Positions 50,544 through 61,233 of a DNA stretch of 64,000 bases are shown in pieces; position 1 is the first letter of the stretch, and the number at the start of each line of letters is the position of its first letter. Under the pieces are notes generated by a model. The model was not told where the DNA came from. It saw nothing but the letters and a program-made list of their open reading frames with translations, and did not search any database. The DNA lies in contig CAVOYH010000004.1 in the NCBI GenBank assembly GCA_963700635.1, forward strand, positions 64,001 to 128,000, in the 5' to 3' direction. Made by a program: the position numbers and the translations under genes. Source of the stretch: an uncultured Bacteroidota bacterium (GTDB taxonomy: Bacteria; Bacteroidota; Ignavibacteria; UBA10030; UBA6906).

Positions 50544-50972
50544 ATGGCTCACGAACGTACTCTTGCAATTCTCAAACCGGACTGTGTCCGTAAGAACCTC
50601 CAGGGCGAAATCATCGCGCGTATTCAGAAAGCCGGTTTCCAGGTGCTCGGTTTCAGGATGCTCCGCCTCAGCCCCATTGCTGCCGCCGCCTTTTACGCCG
50701 TACACCGGGGAAAGCCCTTCTACGACGGGCTCGTTGAGTTCATGTCAAGCGGTCCGTGCGTGCCGATCGCCCTGGAAAAAGACAATGCCGTAGCTGATTT
50801 TCGAAAACTTATCGGTGCGACCGACCCCCGTGAAGCAACCCCGGGAACAATCCGGAAGGATTTCGCTGACAGTAAGGGAGAAAATATTGTCCATGGATCG
50901 GACTCTCCCGAAAACGGAACGATCGAGGTGGCATTCTTCTTTTCAGAAAAAGAGCTCTCGGAATGCCGCTGA
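50544..50972 (+). CDS. ndk: Nucleoside diphosphate kinase
   Basis: [22 protein letters not shown]. Confidence 0.96.
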   Translation: MAHERTLAILKPDCVRKNLQGEIIARIQKAGFQVLGFRMLRLSPIAAAAFYAVHRGKPFYDGLVEFMSSGPCVPIALEKDNAVADFRKLIGATDPREATPGTIRKDFADSKGENIVHGSDSPENGTIEVAFFFSEKELSECR

Positions 50973-51502
50973 TTCCATGGAGGGCCGTATCACGCACAGT
51001 CCGGTTTAAGAACCCGTGGTGGTCGTACGGTCTTGACACCGTGGTCCTGCCGAACGGCAAGGAAGGTGAATACCACTACGTCCATTCATTGGGATCGGCG
51101 TGTGTCATCCCTGTGCTGGATGAGGGGAGTATCCTCCTCGTAAACCAGTACCGCTATCTGGGAAATAAAGAAAGTCTGGAGTTCCCCTGCGGGGCTGTGA
51201 AGGATGGATCCTCACACGACCAAACTGCCTGGCATGAGCTTGCGGAGGAAACGGGGTACTCAGCTGTGACGTTGGTGCAGATTGGCGCATTCAATCCGTA
51301 CAATGGCGTGACAGACGAGATCTGTAACGTCTATGTGGCCCGTGAACTCCGGCACATCGGGGCGGCTCCCGATGAGACTGAACAATTTGAACTCGTCCGG
51401 TTGCCCGTGCAGGAAGTAGACAGAAGAATCCGCGAAGGACTCATCTGGGATGGCATGAGTATCGCCGCATGGCATCTGGCCCGCGCACGAGGTCTTCTCT
51501 AA
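50963..51502 (+). CDS. NUDIX hydrolase (ADP-ribose pyrophosphatase-like)
   Basis: LLVNQYRY, and EFPCGAV...[10 protein letters not shown] Nudix box. Confidence 0.88.
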   Translation: MPLIPWRAVSRTVRFKNPWWSYGLDTVVLPNGKEGEYHYVHSLGSACVIPVLDEGSILLVNQYRYLGNKESLEFPCGAVKDGSSHDQTAWHELAEETGYSAVTLVQIGAFNPYNGVTDEICNVYVARELRHIGAAPDETEQFELVRLPVQEVDRRIREGLIWDGMSIAAWHLARARGLL

Positions 51503-51516
51503 TCACCGGATCAAGC

Positions 51517-52764
51517 ATGGTCAATTCCCTGAGAGTCGTGGTCGAAAAGAGCATCCCCGCCGGAGTTATCTTAATCGTCATCGGCATACTGTCGGGTTGC
51601 GGTATCGCCTACGCGGGATCGGGTGTATCCACGGGTGCGGATCAGCTGGTCAGCTCACGGTGTTCGCTCCTCATCGGGAAGCGGGTAGGCGTGGTGACGA
51701 ACCACACCGGCCGTTTGTCCACCGGTGAATTTCTTGTCGATACGCTCATTGGTGCGGGAATCCAGGTCCGTGCGCTCTTCGGGCCGGAACACGGCATCCG
51801 CGGCGTGGATGGAGCGGGCGATGCGGTCGCTGACAGCGTCGATGCAAGGACGGGCATTCCCGTCTACTCGCTCTACGGAAGGACGAACAAGCCCACGGCA
51901 GAGATGTTGAAGGACATCAACGTCCTGGTGTACGATATTCAGGATGTCGGCGCCCGGTTCTATACCTACATCAGCACCATGAAACTGTGTATGGATGCGG
52001 CGCTGGAACACGGGATCCCGTTTGTCGTCCTGGACCGTCCCAATCCGCTCGGCGGGCTTGTTGATGGACCGATTGTGGAGGATTCGCTCAAATCATTTGT
52101 CGGGATCGTATCCATTCCGGTGGTGTATGGTTTGACGGCAGGAGAACTTGCCACCATGATCAACGAGCGTGGTTGGCTCGAGTCCGGCGGCAAAGTTGAT
52201 CTCACCGTTGTGTGGATGGAAGGATGGTCGAGGGCCCTCCGTAATACCACTCCATGGATTCCGCCATCACCAAATATCAGGCATCCGTCCACGGTTGATG
52301 TGTATCCGGCAACATGTTTTCTTGAGGCCACCAATGTGTCCGAAGGGCGGGGAACCCCCGATCCATTTTTTGTAATCGGAGCGCCCTGGATACGGAAAGA
52401 AGAACTGACATCGCGGCTGAATGCAGCCCGCCTGGCCGGCGTGACGTTTACACCGGCGGTGTTCACCCCTGCGTCCTCTAAGCACGCCGGCATTCTCTGC
52501 CAGGGGGTGTCACTCAGCGTCTCGGCGGCGGACTCCTTCAGACCGGTACTCACGGGAATGACAATACTCTCGGTGATCCGGGAACTGTATCCTGACAGCC
52601 TTGTTATCCGTTCACGTTCACTGGGCCGACTTCTGGGCGTGGCCGGCGTGGACGACCAGATATTGTCAGGCAAAGCCCCCGTGGATATCCAAAAAGCCTG
52701 GATTGACGAAACCCGCAGATACGAAGGATCACTCCAACCTTACAGGTACTACCCCCAGAAGTAA
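51517..52764 (+). CDS. DUF1343 / NamZ-like exo-beta-N-acetylmuramidase
   Basis: LFGPEHG, YSLYG, YDIQDVGARFYTY, LDRPNP, PSPN and SEGRGT motifs; N-terminal signal. Confidence 0.88.
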   Translation: MVNSLRVVVEKSIPAGVILIVIGILSGCGIAYAGSGVSTGADQLVSSRCSLLIGKRVGVVTNHTGRLSTGEFLVDTLIGAGIQVRALFGPEHGIRGVDGAGDAVADSVDARTGIPVYSLYGRTNKPTAEMLKDINVLVYDIQDVGARFYTYISTMKLCMDAALEHGIPFVVLDRPNPLGGLVDGPIVEDSLKSFVGIVSIPVVYGLTAGELATMINERGWLESGGKVDLTVVWMEGWSRALRNTTPWIPPSPNIRHPSTVDVYPATCFLEATNVSEGRGTPDPFFVIGAPWIRKEELTSRLNAARLAGVTFTPAVFTPASSKHAGILCQGVSLSVSAADSFRPVLTGMTILSVIRELYPDSLVIRSRSLGRLLGVAGVDDQILSGKAPVDIQKAWIDETRRYEGSLQPYRYYPQK

Positions 52765-52883
52765 GCAAACCCTTTAAGAGCGTCGTTTTGGACGATTCTC
52801 TTCCTGAATTAGTTGACTTTGCACGCGGATTTGATTAACTTTTTACGATCTTGTGTTATCATACCCCAACTAGAAGGTTTACA

Positions 52884-54794
52884 ATGGCGGGAAGGGCTTC
52901 CGCCGCTTCCACCGGAATGCGGCGGTGGATAGGGGTTCTTGTAGTATTGATGGGCGTTGCCGCGCTGTGTCTTGTTGCGAATGAGGGCCTGTTCCCGGTT
53001 GATGGCTTGGCGGGAGCGGGTTTTTTTGCCTTTGTGCGAAAGCGAATGAGCAACCAGAGCGTGACGGAAGAAGCCCAGGCAGAGGAGGACGATATGGACG
53101 AACGCGAGCGTACAGCCCGGCAGACCGATCTCCTCTTTGATGATTATCAGGCCGCGGCAGCCGGATATCGGATAAAGAATGCGGCTGAGGAGCATCACGT
53201 GGTCCCATCAACAAAAACGGGAAAACCGGTTGTGGGCGAGATGAATTCAGCTCCAATGCGGGAAGCCGAGGTTCTTGACTTTTTTGACGTCGAGACTGAG
53301 GTGCCGGCACATGAGGCGGAGCCCCGCAGAGAGTTTCATACGCTGCTGAACAGAGTCCTGCTGGTGCTTAAGAGTGTGCTTTTCTGCAATACGGCTACGT
53401 TCTTCTGGCTGAACCGCGAGAAGCAGGAACTGGTCCTGGAAGGAGTGGCCACGGATAGCCAGGCCTTCACCGGACTAAAACGTTTGCCACTGGCCGAGGA
53501 CCTCTTAAGCCAGGTCGCCTTAACCGGGAAGCCGAGAATTCTCTCTTCGGTAAACTCACAGGGCGAAACCGACGTGTTACGCTACTACGAAGCGCCTGCC
53601 GGTGTTCGCTCGGCAATTGCCGTCCCGGTGTTCTATCGCAACAAGTTGCAACAGGTGGAACCCGTCGGTGTGCTGGCTGCGGACAGCACAGCGGATGATG
53701 CATACGGACAGGAGACGGTGGATACTCTTGGCAAATTCACGAAGCTTCTGTCCGCGTTGATCAAGACCTATACGGACAAGTATGATTTGCTGACCGATGC
53801 CGACGTTCTCTCCGCCATACGGCGGCTGCAGGATGCGGTAAAATCAAATCCTGACGAACACTCCATTCTTTCAGCCCTGGTCGAAGAGTCCGGTCGCCTG
53901 GCCGGATGGGAATACCTGACCATTACCATGTATGCAGAAGACGCGCATAGCTGGGTAGTGCAACGTGTGGTGAACCACACCGGGGAACCGTATGTATTAC
54001 CATCCCAGGCGGTTGAGGTCGAAGGCAGCATCGTCGGGGAAGTGATTACCAGTAACCGGGTGGAGGTGGTTCCTGATCTCTCCAGTGACGAGCGGACACG
54101 GTTTTTTCAGGGTGAACAGTTCACCCGTGAAGGATCCTTTGTGGCCGTTCCTATCAGCTCGGTTAACCGGTGTTACGGAGCCCTTGCAGTCGAAACCAGA
54201 AAAGGCGGGGGATTTTCCGGAGGCGAGGTAGAGAGTCTCTACCGTCTTGTTGAAAACGCGGGAGCATCGCTCGAAGTGGGGTACATGAACGATTTGGTGA
54301 GGGAGTTCGCCTCGACGGAACACCTGACAGGGATGATGACAAAGAAGTTCTTCCTCCGCCGAATCGAAGAGGAAGTGAAGCGGGCCGATGATACTAGAGC
54401 GGAGCTCGCCTATGTTACCTTTGCGGTTGATGACCTTGAGGAGCAGGCGCGGCGGTATGGGCGCCATATCCAGGACGTGATCTACCGCGCGCTGGTGATA
54501 CTACTCAAGGAGTACCTCCGTCCGTATGACATCATCGGCAGGCAGGACGGGGCGATGATGGGTGTGTTGCTGGCAAACATGACGGCGAGCGATGCATACC
54601 TCTGGGCGGAAAAGTTGAGAAAGACCATTGCCAGTCATGTGATCAGGCACGGACAGCGGACATTTTCGGTGACGGTGAGTCTCGGTGTCTGCGGGCTCTC
54701 TGACCGGATGACAGCGCGTGAGCTCCTCACCGGCGCCACCCAGGTATACAATAAAGCTGTGGAAAGCGGGGGAAATGTTGTGCGGGTGTTTTAA
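52884..54794 (+). CDS. Membrane-anchored GAF-GAF protein with a degenerate GGDEF domain
   Basis: N-terminal hydrophobic segments; two GAF-like domains; GGDEF fold (HLTG...VTVSLGV...KAVESGGN) with DGAMM in place of GGDEF. Confidence 0.85.
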   Translation: MAGRASAASTGMRRWIGVLVVLMGVAALCLVANEGLFPVDGLAGAGFFAFVRKRMSNQSVTEEAQAEEDDMDERERTARQTDLLFDDYQAAAAGYRIKNAAEEHHVVPSTKTGKPVVGEMNSAPMREAEVLDFFDVETEVPAHEAEPRREFHTLLNRVLLVLKSVLFCNTATFFWLNREKQELVLEGVATDSQAFTGLKRLPLAEDLLSQVALTGKPRILSSVNSQGETDVLRYYEAPAGVRSAIAVPVFYRNKLQQVEPVGVLAADSTADDAYGQETVDTLGKFTKLLSALIKTYTDKYDLLTDADVLSAIRRLQDAVKSNPDEHSILSALVEESGRLAGWEYLTITMYAEDAHSWVVQRVVNHTGEPYVLPSQAVEVEGSIVGEVITSNRVEVVPDLSSDERTRFFQGEQFTREGSFVAVPISSVNRCYGALAVETRKGGGFSGGEVESLYRLVENAGASLEVGYMNDLVREFASTEHLTGMMTKKFFLRRIEEEVKRADDTRAELAYVTFAVDDLEEQARRYGRHIQDVIYRALVILLKEYLRPYDIIGRQDGAMMGVLLANMTASDAYLWAEKLRKTIASHVIRHGQRTFSVTVSLGVCGLSDRMTARELLTGATQVYNKAVESGGNVVRVF

Positions 54795-54839
54795 CCAGAA
54801 TTCAATTCTTCTTCTACGATACTCACAGGGATATGCATA

Positions 54840-55037
54840 ATGGCCAAACAACAGAGTTTTGCGGACAAGGCAGCAAAAGCGGCGCTCATGCGGGGGACAA
54901 AGTGCCCCAAGTGCGGTGAGGTTTTCCAGCCGATCTTGATGGTGTCATCAGAAAAATCTCCTGCCAAGACAAGCTGGAAGTTTAACGAGCGCCGCGTGCA
55001 GGTCTGTAAATGTAATGAGAAGCAGGTCTACGCCTGA
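54840..55037 (+). CDS. Small basic protein with CxxC...CxC, putative Zn-binding (DUF4295-like)
   Basis: MAKQQSFADKAAK...CPKC...SWKFNERRVQVCKC; in the operon, overlapping the next start. Confidence 0.7.
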   Translation: MAKQQSFADKAAKAALMRGTKCPKCGEVFQPILMVSSEKSPAKTSWKFNERRVQVCKCNEKQVYA

Positions 55038-56212
55038 ATCACAACAAGGCAATTCTGCTTGTGCTGGATGGTGTGGGGATCGGCGAAATGCCGGACGCCG
55101 CGCGTTACGGAGACGAAGGGAGTCATACGCTGGCGAACACGGCAAGGGCGCTCGGCGGTCTACACCTCCCGCATCTTCAACAGTGGGGCCTGGGAAACAT
55201 CGCTGCAATTCAGGGTGTCCCTCCGGTCACCGAACCACTTGCCCATTATGGGAAAATGGCAGAAAAGTCGGGTGGGAAAGACAGTACGACGGGTCACTGG
55301 GAACTCGCTGGCCTGGTGGTAGAGAACGAGTTCCCAACATTTCCCTCCGGTTTTCCCAACAGTGTTATGCATGAGTTTCTCCGCGTCAGCGGGTGTACAG
55401 GATATCTCGGGAACAAGACCGCGTCCGGGACTGCTATTATCGACGAACTTGGCGATGAACACATGCGGACCGGCTTCCCGATTGTGTATACATCGGCCGA
55501 TTCGGTGTTTCAGATTGCCGCGCATGAAGAAGTTATACCGCTGGACCGTTTGTACGATATCTGTGAACGGACAAGAGGCGAAGTGTGTGTCGGTTCGGCC
55601 GCTGTTGGTCGTATCATCGCCCGTCCGTTTATCGGGTCTCCGGGGGCGTTCAAGCGGACGACGAACCGCAGAGATTTTTCTCTCGACCCTCCGGCGACGA
55701 CTCTTCTGGACCTCCTCCTGCAGGCAGGCATTCCTACTGCCGGCGTGGGAAAGGTTGATGAGCTGTTCGCCCATCGCGGATTCACATCCACTCTGCATAC
55801 CCGAACGAATGCCGAGGGAATCGATGAACTTGTCCGCCGGTCGAGGGCTCTGGACCGAGGCTTCATTATCGCAAATCTCGGCGATTTTGACACCCTGTAC
55901 GGGCACAGAAACGATGCTGAGGGCTTTGGCCGCGCGCTGGAGGCATTTGATGCTGCACTTCCGGCTATTGCTGAAACCGTTCGCGCCGGAGATATGTTCA
56001 TAATGACGGCGGACCACGGAAACGATCCCGTGACACCCAGTACGGATCACTCACGGGAATATGTGCCTCTGCTCTGTTATACTCCAGGCGGGAAGTCCGG
56101 CGCGAGCCTGGGAACCCGTGCCAGCTTTGCGGACGTTGCCAAGACCGTGGCAGACTATTTCGGGACCCCCAATACGTTCCCCGGCGCTAGCTTTTTGTCA
56201 CATATGGTGTAA
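55034..56212 (+). CDS. deoB: Phosphopentomutase
   Basis: LLVLDGVGIG...DA..YGD.GSHT, GKDSTTGHWE, YTSADSVFQIAAHE, DTLYGHRND, TADHGNDP, TDHSREYVP. The start is probably CTG at 55034. Confidence 0.95.
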   Translation: MNHNKAILLVLDGVGIGEMPDAARYGDEGSHTLANTARALGGLHLPHLQQWGLGNIAAIQGVPPVTEPLAHYGKMAEKSGGKDSTTGHWELAGLVVENEFPTFPSGFPNSVMHEFLRVSGCTGYLGNKTASGTAIIDELGDEHMRTGFPIVYTSADSVFQIAAHEEVIPLDRLYDICERTRGEVCVGSAAVGRIIARPFIGSPGAFKRTTNRRDFSLDPPATTLLDLLLQAGIPTAGVGKVDELFAHRGFTSTLHTRTNAEGIDELVRRSRALDRGFIIANLGDFDTLYGHRNDAEGFGRALEAFDAALPAIAETVRAGDMFIMTADHGNDPVTPSTDHSREYVPLLCYTPGGKSGASLGTRASFADVAKTVADYFGTPNTFPGASFLSHMV

Positions 56213-56275
56213 CGAAGGTGCAACGGAAGGAAGAATTCTACGTAGCACCTTCTGTAATCAAAAAGAGGATGGTCA

Positions 56276-57133
56276 ATGGTAAAGATTACCAAGCAGTATA
56301 CAAATCGGGAGAGCCAGTCGCTCGACAAGTATCTGCAAGAGATCGGCAAGGTTGATTTATTAAAATCGGAGGAGGAGATTGATCTCGCCCGGCGTATTAA
56401 GAAGGGAGATCAACTGGCGCTCGAAAAACTCACCAAGGCGAATCTCCGCTTCGTGGTGAGTGTGGCCAAACAATATCAGAACCAGGGGCTCTCGCTGGGT
56501 GACTTGATTAATGAAGGCAACCTCGGTCTGATCAAGGCGGCGAAAAGATTCGACGAAACCCGCGGGTTCAAGTTTATCTCGTATGCGGTGTGGTGGATCC
56601 GTCAGTCGATTCTCCAGGCGCTCGCCGAGCAGTCGCGGATCGTGCGGCTTCCCCTTAATCGCGTCGGCGCGCTGAACAAGATCGGAAAGGCATTCAGCTC
56701 CCTGGAGCAGGAATTCGAGCGCGAGCCAAGTGCAAGTGAGCTGGCCGAAGAGCTTGATATGTCGTTGTTCGAAGTTTCCGACACGCTCAAGATCTCGGGT
56801 CGCCATCTTTCGATGGACGCACCGTTTGCCCAGGGTGAGGACAACAGACTCCTGGATGTGATCCAGGATGAGCGCCAGCCGGCCCCTGACAGCGAACTGA
56901 TGAAAGAATCCTTAAGCCGGGAAGTGGAGCGGGCATTGTCCACACTCAGCGCGCGGGAAGCAGAGGTCATCAGGTTGTATTTTGGTCTGGGCCGGGAACA
57001 TTCCCTGACACTTGAAGAAATTGGTGAGAAATTCAAACTCACCCGGGAACGGGTCCGGCAGATCAAGGAGAAAGCCATCAGGCGACTCCGCCATGCCTCC
57101 CGGAGCAAACAACTTCGTGCGTATCTTGGGTGA
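56276..57133 (+). CDS. rpoD: RpoD/SigA-family sigma factor, short form lacking region 1.1
   Basis: [54 protein letters not shown]. Confidence 0.9.
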   Translation: MVKITKQYTNRESQSLDKYLQEIGKVDLLKSEEEIDLARRIKKGDQLALEKLTKANLRFVVSVAKQYQNQGLSLGDLINEGNLGLIKAAKRFDETRGFKFISYAVWWIRQSILQALAEQSRIVRLPLNRVGALNKIGKAFSSLEQEFEREPSASELAEELDMSLFEVSDTLKISGRHLSMDAPFAQGEDNRLLDVIQDERQPAPDSELMKESLSREVERALSTLSAREAEVIRLYFGLGREHSLTLEEIGEKFKLTRERVRQIKEKAIRRLRHASRSKQLRAYLG

Positions 57134-57816
57134 CACGCGCGGCTTCTAAGTCCGGGACGGCCCTCACCGTGCGATACTGCGCCGTGATGGTTGTGCTGTG
57201 TGCCGTGGTTGCGGGCGCCGTGCTCTCCGGATGCACCGCCTCGTCACCTCGTTTTCGCACCGCCGGATCCGCCGATGATCACGATGATGAGAATGAACTT
57301 CGCTTCGCGACCCGGATCCGGGAGGAAGTACGGAGAGAAGACGATCGAACGGTCAGCATCGAAGAAGCGAAGACCCGTCTTAGCCGCCGGACTGTTCCCT
57401 CAGGGAAATACTCCAACAAAACGCCCGCGGGTATAGAACGGGACAGGGTGCTGCTGGACGTGGTGGGATATCTTGGCGTGCCGTATGTCTACGGAGGGAA
57501 CACCAGGGAGGGGATTGATTGTTCTGGTTTTACGGTCCAGGTGTACCAGAATGCCGTAGAGAAGAAGTTGCCGCGAACGGCCAGGGAACAATTTGGATCC
57601 GGTACGCCGGTGGATCTTTCACAATTGCAGTTCGGGGACCTGGTTTTCTTTAACACGACCGGCCGGGTTCCGTCTCACGTCGGGATTTACATCGAAGATG
57701 ACCTCTTTGCCCATGCGAGCGTAACACGCGGCGTGACGCTCTCATCGCTGGAGAGTACGTACTACAAAAGACGGTTTGTCGGCGCCCGGCGGGTTGTCCG
57801 ATCACATGTTGAATAA
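57130..57816 (+). CDS. NlpC/P60 (C40) peptidase lipoprotein
   Basis: Lipobox VLSGC; GVPYVYGG...IDCSGF, GDLVFF, HVGIY, HAS. Confidence 0.92.
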   Translation: MTRAASKSGTALTVRYCAVMVVLCAVVAGAVLSGCTASSPRFRTAGSADDHDDENELRFATRIREEVRREDDRTVSIEEAKTRLSRRTVPSGKYSNKTPAGIERDRVLLDVVGYLGVPYVYGGNTREGIDCSGFTVQVYQNAVEKKLPRTAREQFGSGTPVDLSQLQFGDLVFFNTTGRVPSHVGIYIEDDLFAHASVTRGVTLSSLESTYYKRRFVGARRVVRSHVE

Positions 57817-57827
57817 CACAGAGGTGG

Positions 57828-58397
57828 GTGTTGGCGATTTTACCCATTTACACATTAGGTCACTCGGTACTGAGGAAAAAAGCCCGCCCGTTCAAAGGCG
57901 TTGACGAAGGAGTCCTCCGTCTTGCAGACAATATGCTCGAGACCATGCATAAAGCAAATGGGATCGGACTTGCTGCAAATCAGGTAGGGGTGCTTCAGCG
58001 CATCGTGGTGGTGGATATCACGGGTACGGAGGGGATAGATCAGTTTGATCCCCTCGTGATGATGAACCCTGAAGTGCTTGATCATGAGGGAATGTGGGCG
58101 CTGGAAGAAGGATGTCTGAGCCTGCCCGAGCTCAGGGACGAGGTGCAACGTCCCGAGCGGATCAGGGTGGGTTATCGGGATCTACATTTTGACCAGAGAA
58201 CACTCGAAGTCGGAGGATTGCTGGGCCGGGTGATTCTCCACGAACTGGACCATCTGAATGGCGTACTGTTTATTGATCATCTCGGAAGTGTGCGACGTAA
58301 ACTCCTGCGGGGCAGACTCAACAAGATCCAGAACGGGGAAGTGGAAGTCTCCTACGAGCTCGCGCCGCTCGAGACGCCTGTGGCTCACACGGCCTGA
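57828..58397 (+). CDS. def: Peptide deformylase
   Basis: GIGLAANQVG, EGCLS, HELDHLNG. Confidence 0.96.
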   Translation: MLAILPIYTLGHSVLRKKARPFKGVDEGVLRLADNMLETMHKANGIGLAANQVGVLQRIVVVDITGTEGIDQFDPLVMMNPEVLDHEGMWALEEGCLSLPELRDEVQRPERIRVGYRDLHFDQRTLEVGGLLGRVILHELDHLNGVLFIDHLGSVRRKLLRGRLNKIQNGEVEVSYELAPLETPVAHTA

Positions 58398-58407
58398 TTG
58401 CTGAACC

Positions 58408-59340
58408 ATGCCGGAGCCGCGCATCCTCTTCATGGGGACCCCCGAGTTTGCGGTCCCCAGCCTGTCCGGCCTCCTGAGCGCCGGGTATCATCTTGTCGGA
58501 GTTGTGACAGGGCCGGACAAACCCAGGGGTCGGGGTCAGAAACTTTCGCCGACACCCGTTAAAGAAGTCGCTCTCCGCCACAACCTCCCCATCCTCCAAC
58601 CGGCGACGGTGAAAGATCCCGCATTTGCCGAAGAGGTGCGCACCCTGGACGCGGATATCGCGGTCGTCGTTGCATTCCGCATTCTCCCGCGCACAGTGTT
58701 TTCCCTCCCGCGTCTGGGCACATTCAATCTTCATGCATCGCTGCTGCCAAAGTACCGCGGAGCGGCACCGATCAACTGGGCAATTATCAACGGGGAAACC
58801 GAGACCGGCGTGACGACGTTCTTTCTGGAAGATCGTGTTGATACGGGAGAATTGCTTCTTCAGGAGAAAGTACCAATTCATCCGGATGATGATGCGGGGA
58901 CGGTTCATGACCGGCTGGCGGCCCTCGGCGCTGAGGTGGTTGTCCGTACGGTTGAACACATTGCCCGTGGTGACATCCGGCCACGGCCGCAGGACCCCGG
59001 AAGTACGAGCCCGGCGCCGAAGATCTTCAAGGACCACTGCCGTATCCGATGGGATGTGCCGGCAGAAACCGTCCAGAATCTGATTCGTGGGCTTGCGCCG
59101 ACACCGGGATCCTGGTGCCTTCACGGCGGCCGCCTGCTGAAAGTTTTTAAAAGCCGGATTATTCCCGAAGGCGGAGCAGCCGCTCCCGGAACGGTTGTCG
59201 TGGAAGGGGACACACTTTCTGTCATGACCGCAGACGGACGTGTTGTGCTTTTGGAACTCCAGCAGGAAGGCCGGCGACGCATGACAGGCAGCGAATTTCT
59301 GCGAGGATATCCCATCAACACCGGTGATGTATTGTTGTAA
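58408..59340 (+). CDS. fmt: Methionyl-tRNA formyltransferase
   Basis: FMGTPEFA, PDKPRGRG, NLHASLLPKYRGAAPI. Confidence 0.96.
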   Translation: MPEPRILFMGTPEFAVPSLSGLLSAGYHLVGVVTGPDKPRGRGQKLSPTPVKEVALRHNLPILQPATVKDPAFAEEVRTLDADIAVVVAFRILPRTVFSLPRLGTFNLHASLLPKYRGAAPINWAIINGETETGVTTFFLEDRVDTGELLLQEKVPIHPDDDAGTVHDRLAALGAEVVVRTVEHIARGDIRPRPQDPGSTSPAPKIFKDHCRIRWDVPAETVQNLIRGLAPTPGSWCLHGGRLLKVFKSRIIPEGGAAAPGTVVVEGDTLSVMTADGRVVLLELQQEGRRRMTGSEFLRGYPINTGDVLL

Positions 59341-59430
59341 CGCTTCCTGCTCCGCACCACAATCGTATCACGTCTCTCGCGTATCGCCCGGTCTTCTGAT
59401 GATCCGTGCATCCGATCCGCATGTCCTTCG

Positions 59431-59459
59431 TTGCTTTGCTGACGGAAAAGCGTTATCTT
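59431..59459 (+). promoter_or_regulatory. Possible sigma70-type promoter for parAB
   Basis: TTGCTT-17 bp-TATCTT upstream of the GTG at 59495. Confidence 0.5.
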
Positions 59460-59494
59460 ACCGTACTTTTTGATGTCTCACCTGTTCGGATCCT

Positions 59495-60298
59495 GTGGGC
59501 AAAATTATCACGATAGCGAACCAGAAGGGGGGCGTGGGTAAAACCACGACTGCGGTTAATCTTGCTGCATGTCTCGCTGCGGCAGAGAAACCGACCCTCC
59601 TCGTTGATGCTGACCCGCAGGCGAATGCCACGAGCGGGATTGGACTCCAGGCCTCCGCCGAAGGGCAGAGTACCTACGAAATGTTGGTAGGCGAACAGCC
59701 GGCAGAAGCTGTCGTCCGGCAAACCCAGATGCCGTATCTCTCCATTCTTCCTTCGCATATCAATCTGGTCGGTGCCGAAGTGGAGCTGGTCGCGATGGAA
59801 CATCGTGAACAGCGGCTCAAGCGCGGACTTGAGCCCATCCGTGACCGGTATGAATTTATTCTGATCGATTGCCCGCCGTCGCTCGGCCTCCTCACATTAA
59901 ATGCGCTGACCGCCGCCGATTCCGTACTGATTCCCGTGCAGTGTGAATATTATGCCCTTGAGGGACTCGGGCAACTGCTGAATACGATCAACATGGTGAA
60001 AAAGCAGTTGAACGAGCGGCTGGACATCGAAGGCGTGCTGATGACCATGTACGATGGCAGGCTCCGCTTATCCAATCAGATCGTGGAAGAAGTTCGCAAG
60101 TATTTTGGCGAAAAGGTCTTTCGGTCGGTCATTGCGCGGAATGTTCGCTTGAGTGAAGCCCCCAGTTTTGGCAAACCGATCATACTCTATGATGCCGTGT
60201 CTTCGGGGACACGTCACTATATGGATCTCGCGGAGGAAGTGTTGACCCGGAACAGCCACAGGGATGTGACTGCGCCGCACAACGGTCAAAGCGTGTAG
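59495..60298 (+). CDS. parA: Chromosome partitioning ATPase ParA/Soj
   Basis: [45 protein letters not shown]. Confidence 0.96.
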   Translation: MGKIITIANQKGGVGKTTTAVNLAACLAAAEKPTLLVDADPQANATSGIGLQASAEGQSTYEMLVGEQPAEAVVRQTQMPYLSILPSHINLVGAEVELVAMEHREQRLKRGLEPIRDRYEFILIDCPPSLGLLTLNALTAADSVLIPVQCEYYALEGLGQLLNTINMVKKQLNERLDIEGVLMTMYDGRLRLSNQIVEEVRKYFGEKVFRSVIARNVRLSEAPSFGKPIILYDAVSSGTRHYMDLAEEVLTRNSHRDVTAPHNGQSV

Positions 60299-60309
60299 GG
60301 AGTCCTTTC

Positions 60310-61215
60310 ATGGCAAAGAACAAACTTGCTCTTGGTCGGGGGTTGGCCTCCTTGATCCCCACCCAACCTGCTCCGTCGTCACGGGCCGCCTCCGGAGAGG
60401 ATGAATCCGGTGCAGAAGGTGCATTTGTCCGGATTGATCTGACAAAGATCGGGCGTAATCCCTTTCAGCCCCGTGCAGATTTTTCCCCCGCCGCCCTCGA
60501 TGAACTGAAACAATCCATCAAAGAAAAGGGTGTCATCCAGCCGATCACCGTGCGTCGTTTTTCCGGGGGGTATCAGCTGATCTCCGGAGAGCGCCGTGTC
60601 CGTGCTGCCCGTGAAGCCGGGCTCCGGACGATCCCCGCCTACGTCATCGAGGTCCGGTCGGAAGAAGAAATGCTGGAACTGGCGCTGGTTGAGAACCTCC
60701 AGCGGGAACAACTGAATCCCATAGAAATCGCCATCTCCTATCGCCGGCTCATGGAGGAATGCGGTTTGACACAGGAAGCGGTGTCGCAGGCGATCGGAAA
60801 AGACCGTTCGACCGTGACCAATTTCCTGCGGTTGCTGAAACTCCCCGAAGAGATTCAGACCGCGGTCCGGCACGGCGACGTGAGTAGCGGTCACGCCCGT
60901 GCACTCATCACACTTGATGACCGGAACAGACAGATGAGCCTCTTCCGCAAGATCATCAACAAAGGGATTTCTGTCCGGGAAGTGGAGCGGCTTGTTCGTG
61001 ATACGAGCCGGAAGGGACCCTCCCGGCGAAAAAGTACCGGCACCGGGGGAGCCACAGCGGTATCATCTCTCGAGGATCGGTTGCGCAGGCTTTTAGGGAC
61101 GCGCGTCCATATTCGCGCTGTCCGGGGGGGGAAAGGCGAGATCGTGATCGAGTACTACACCGACGAAGATCTTGACCGCCTTGTTGAACTGTTTGATTCT
61201 CTTAATAATCATTAG
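60310..61215 (+). CDS. parB: Chromosome partitioning protein ParB/Spo0J
   Basis: ALGRGLASL, QPR, GERRVRA, ENLQRE, and HTH DRSTVTNFLRLL. Confidence 0.96.
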   Translation: MAKNKLALGRGLASLIPTQPAPSSRAASGEDESGAEGAFVRIDLTKIGRNPFQPRADFSPAALDELKQSIKEKGVIQPITVRRFSGGYQLISGERRVRAAREAGLRTIPAYVIEVRSEEEMLELALVENLQREQLNPIEIAISYRRLMEECGLTQEAVSQAIGKDRSTVTNFLRLLKLPEEIQTAVRHGDVSSGHARALITLDDRNRQMSLFRKIINKGISVREVERLVRDTSRKGPSRRKSTGTGGATAVSSLEDRLRRLLGTRVHIRAVRGGKGEIVIEYYTDEDLDRLVELFDSLNNH

Positions 61216-61233
61216 ATCGAACGTGGAGGACGC

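Noticed and set aside
59341-61233. parS sites near parAB
   Set aside because: No match to TGTTTCACGTGAAACA was seen by eye; a motif scan would be needed to exclude degenerate sites.
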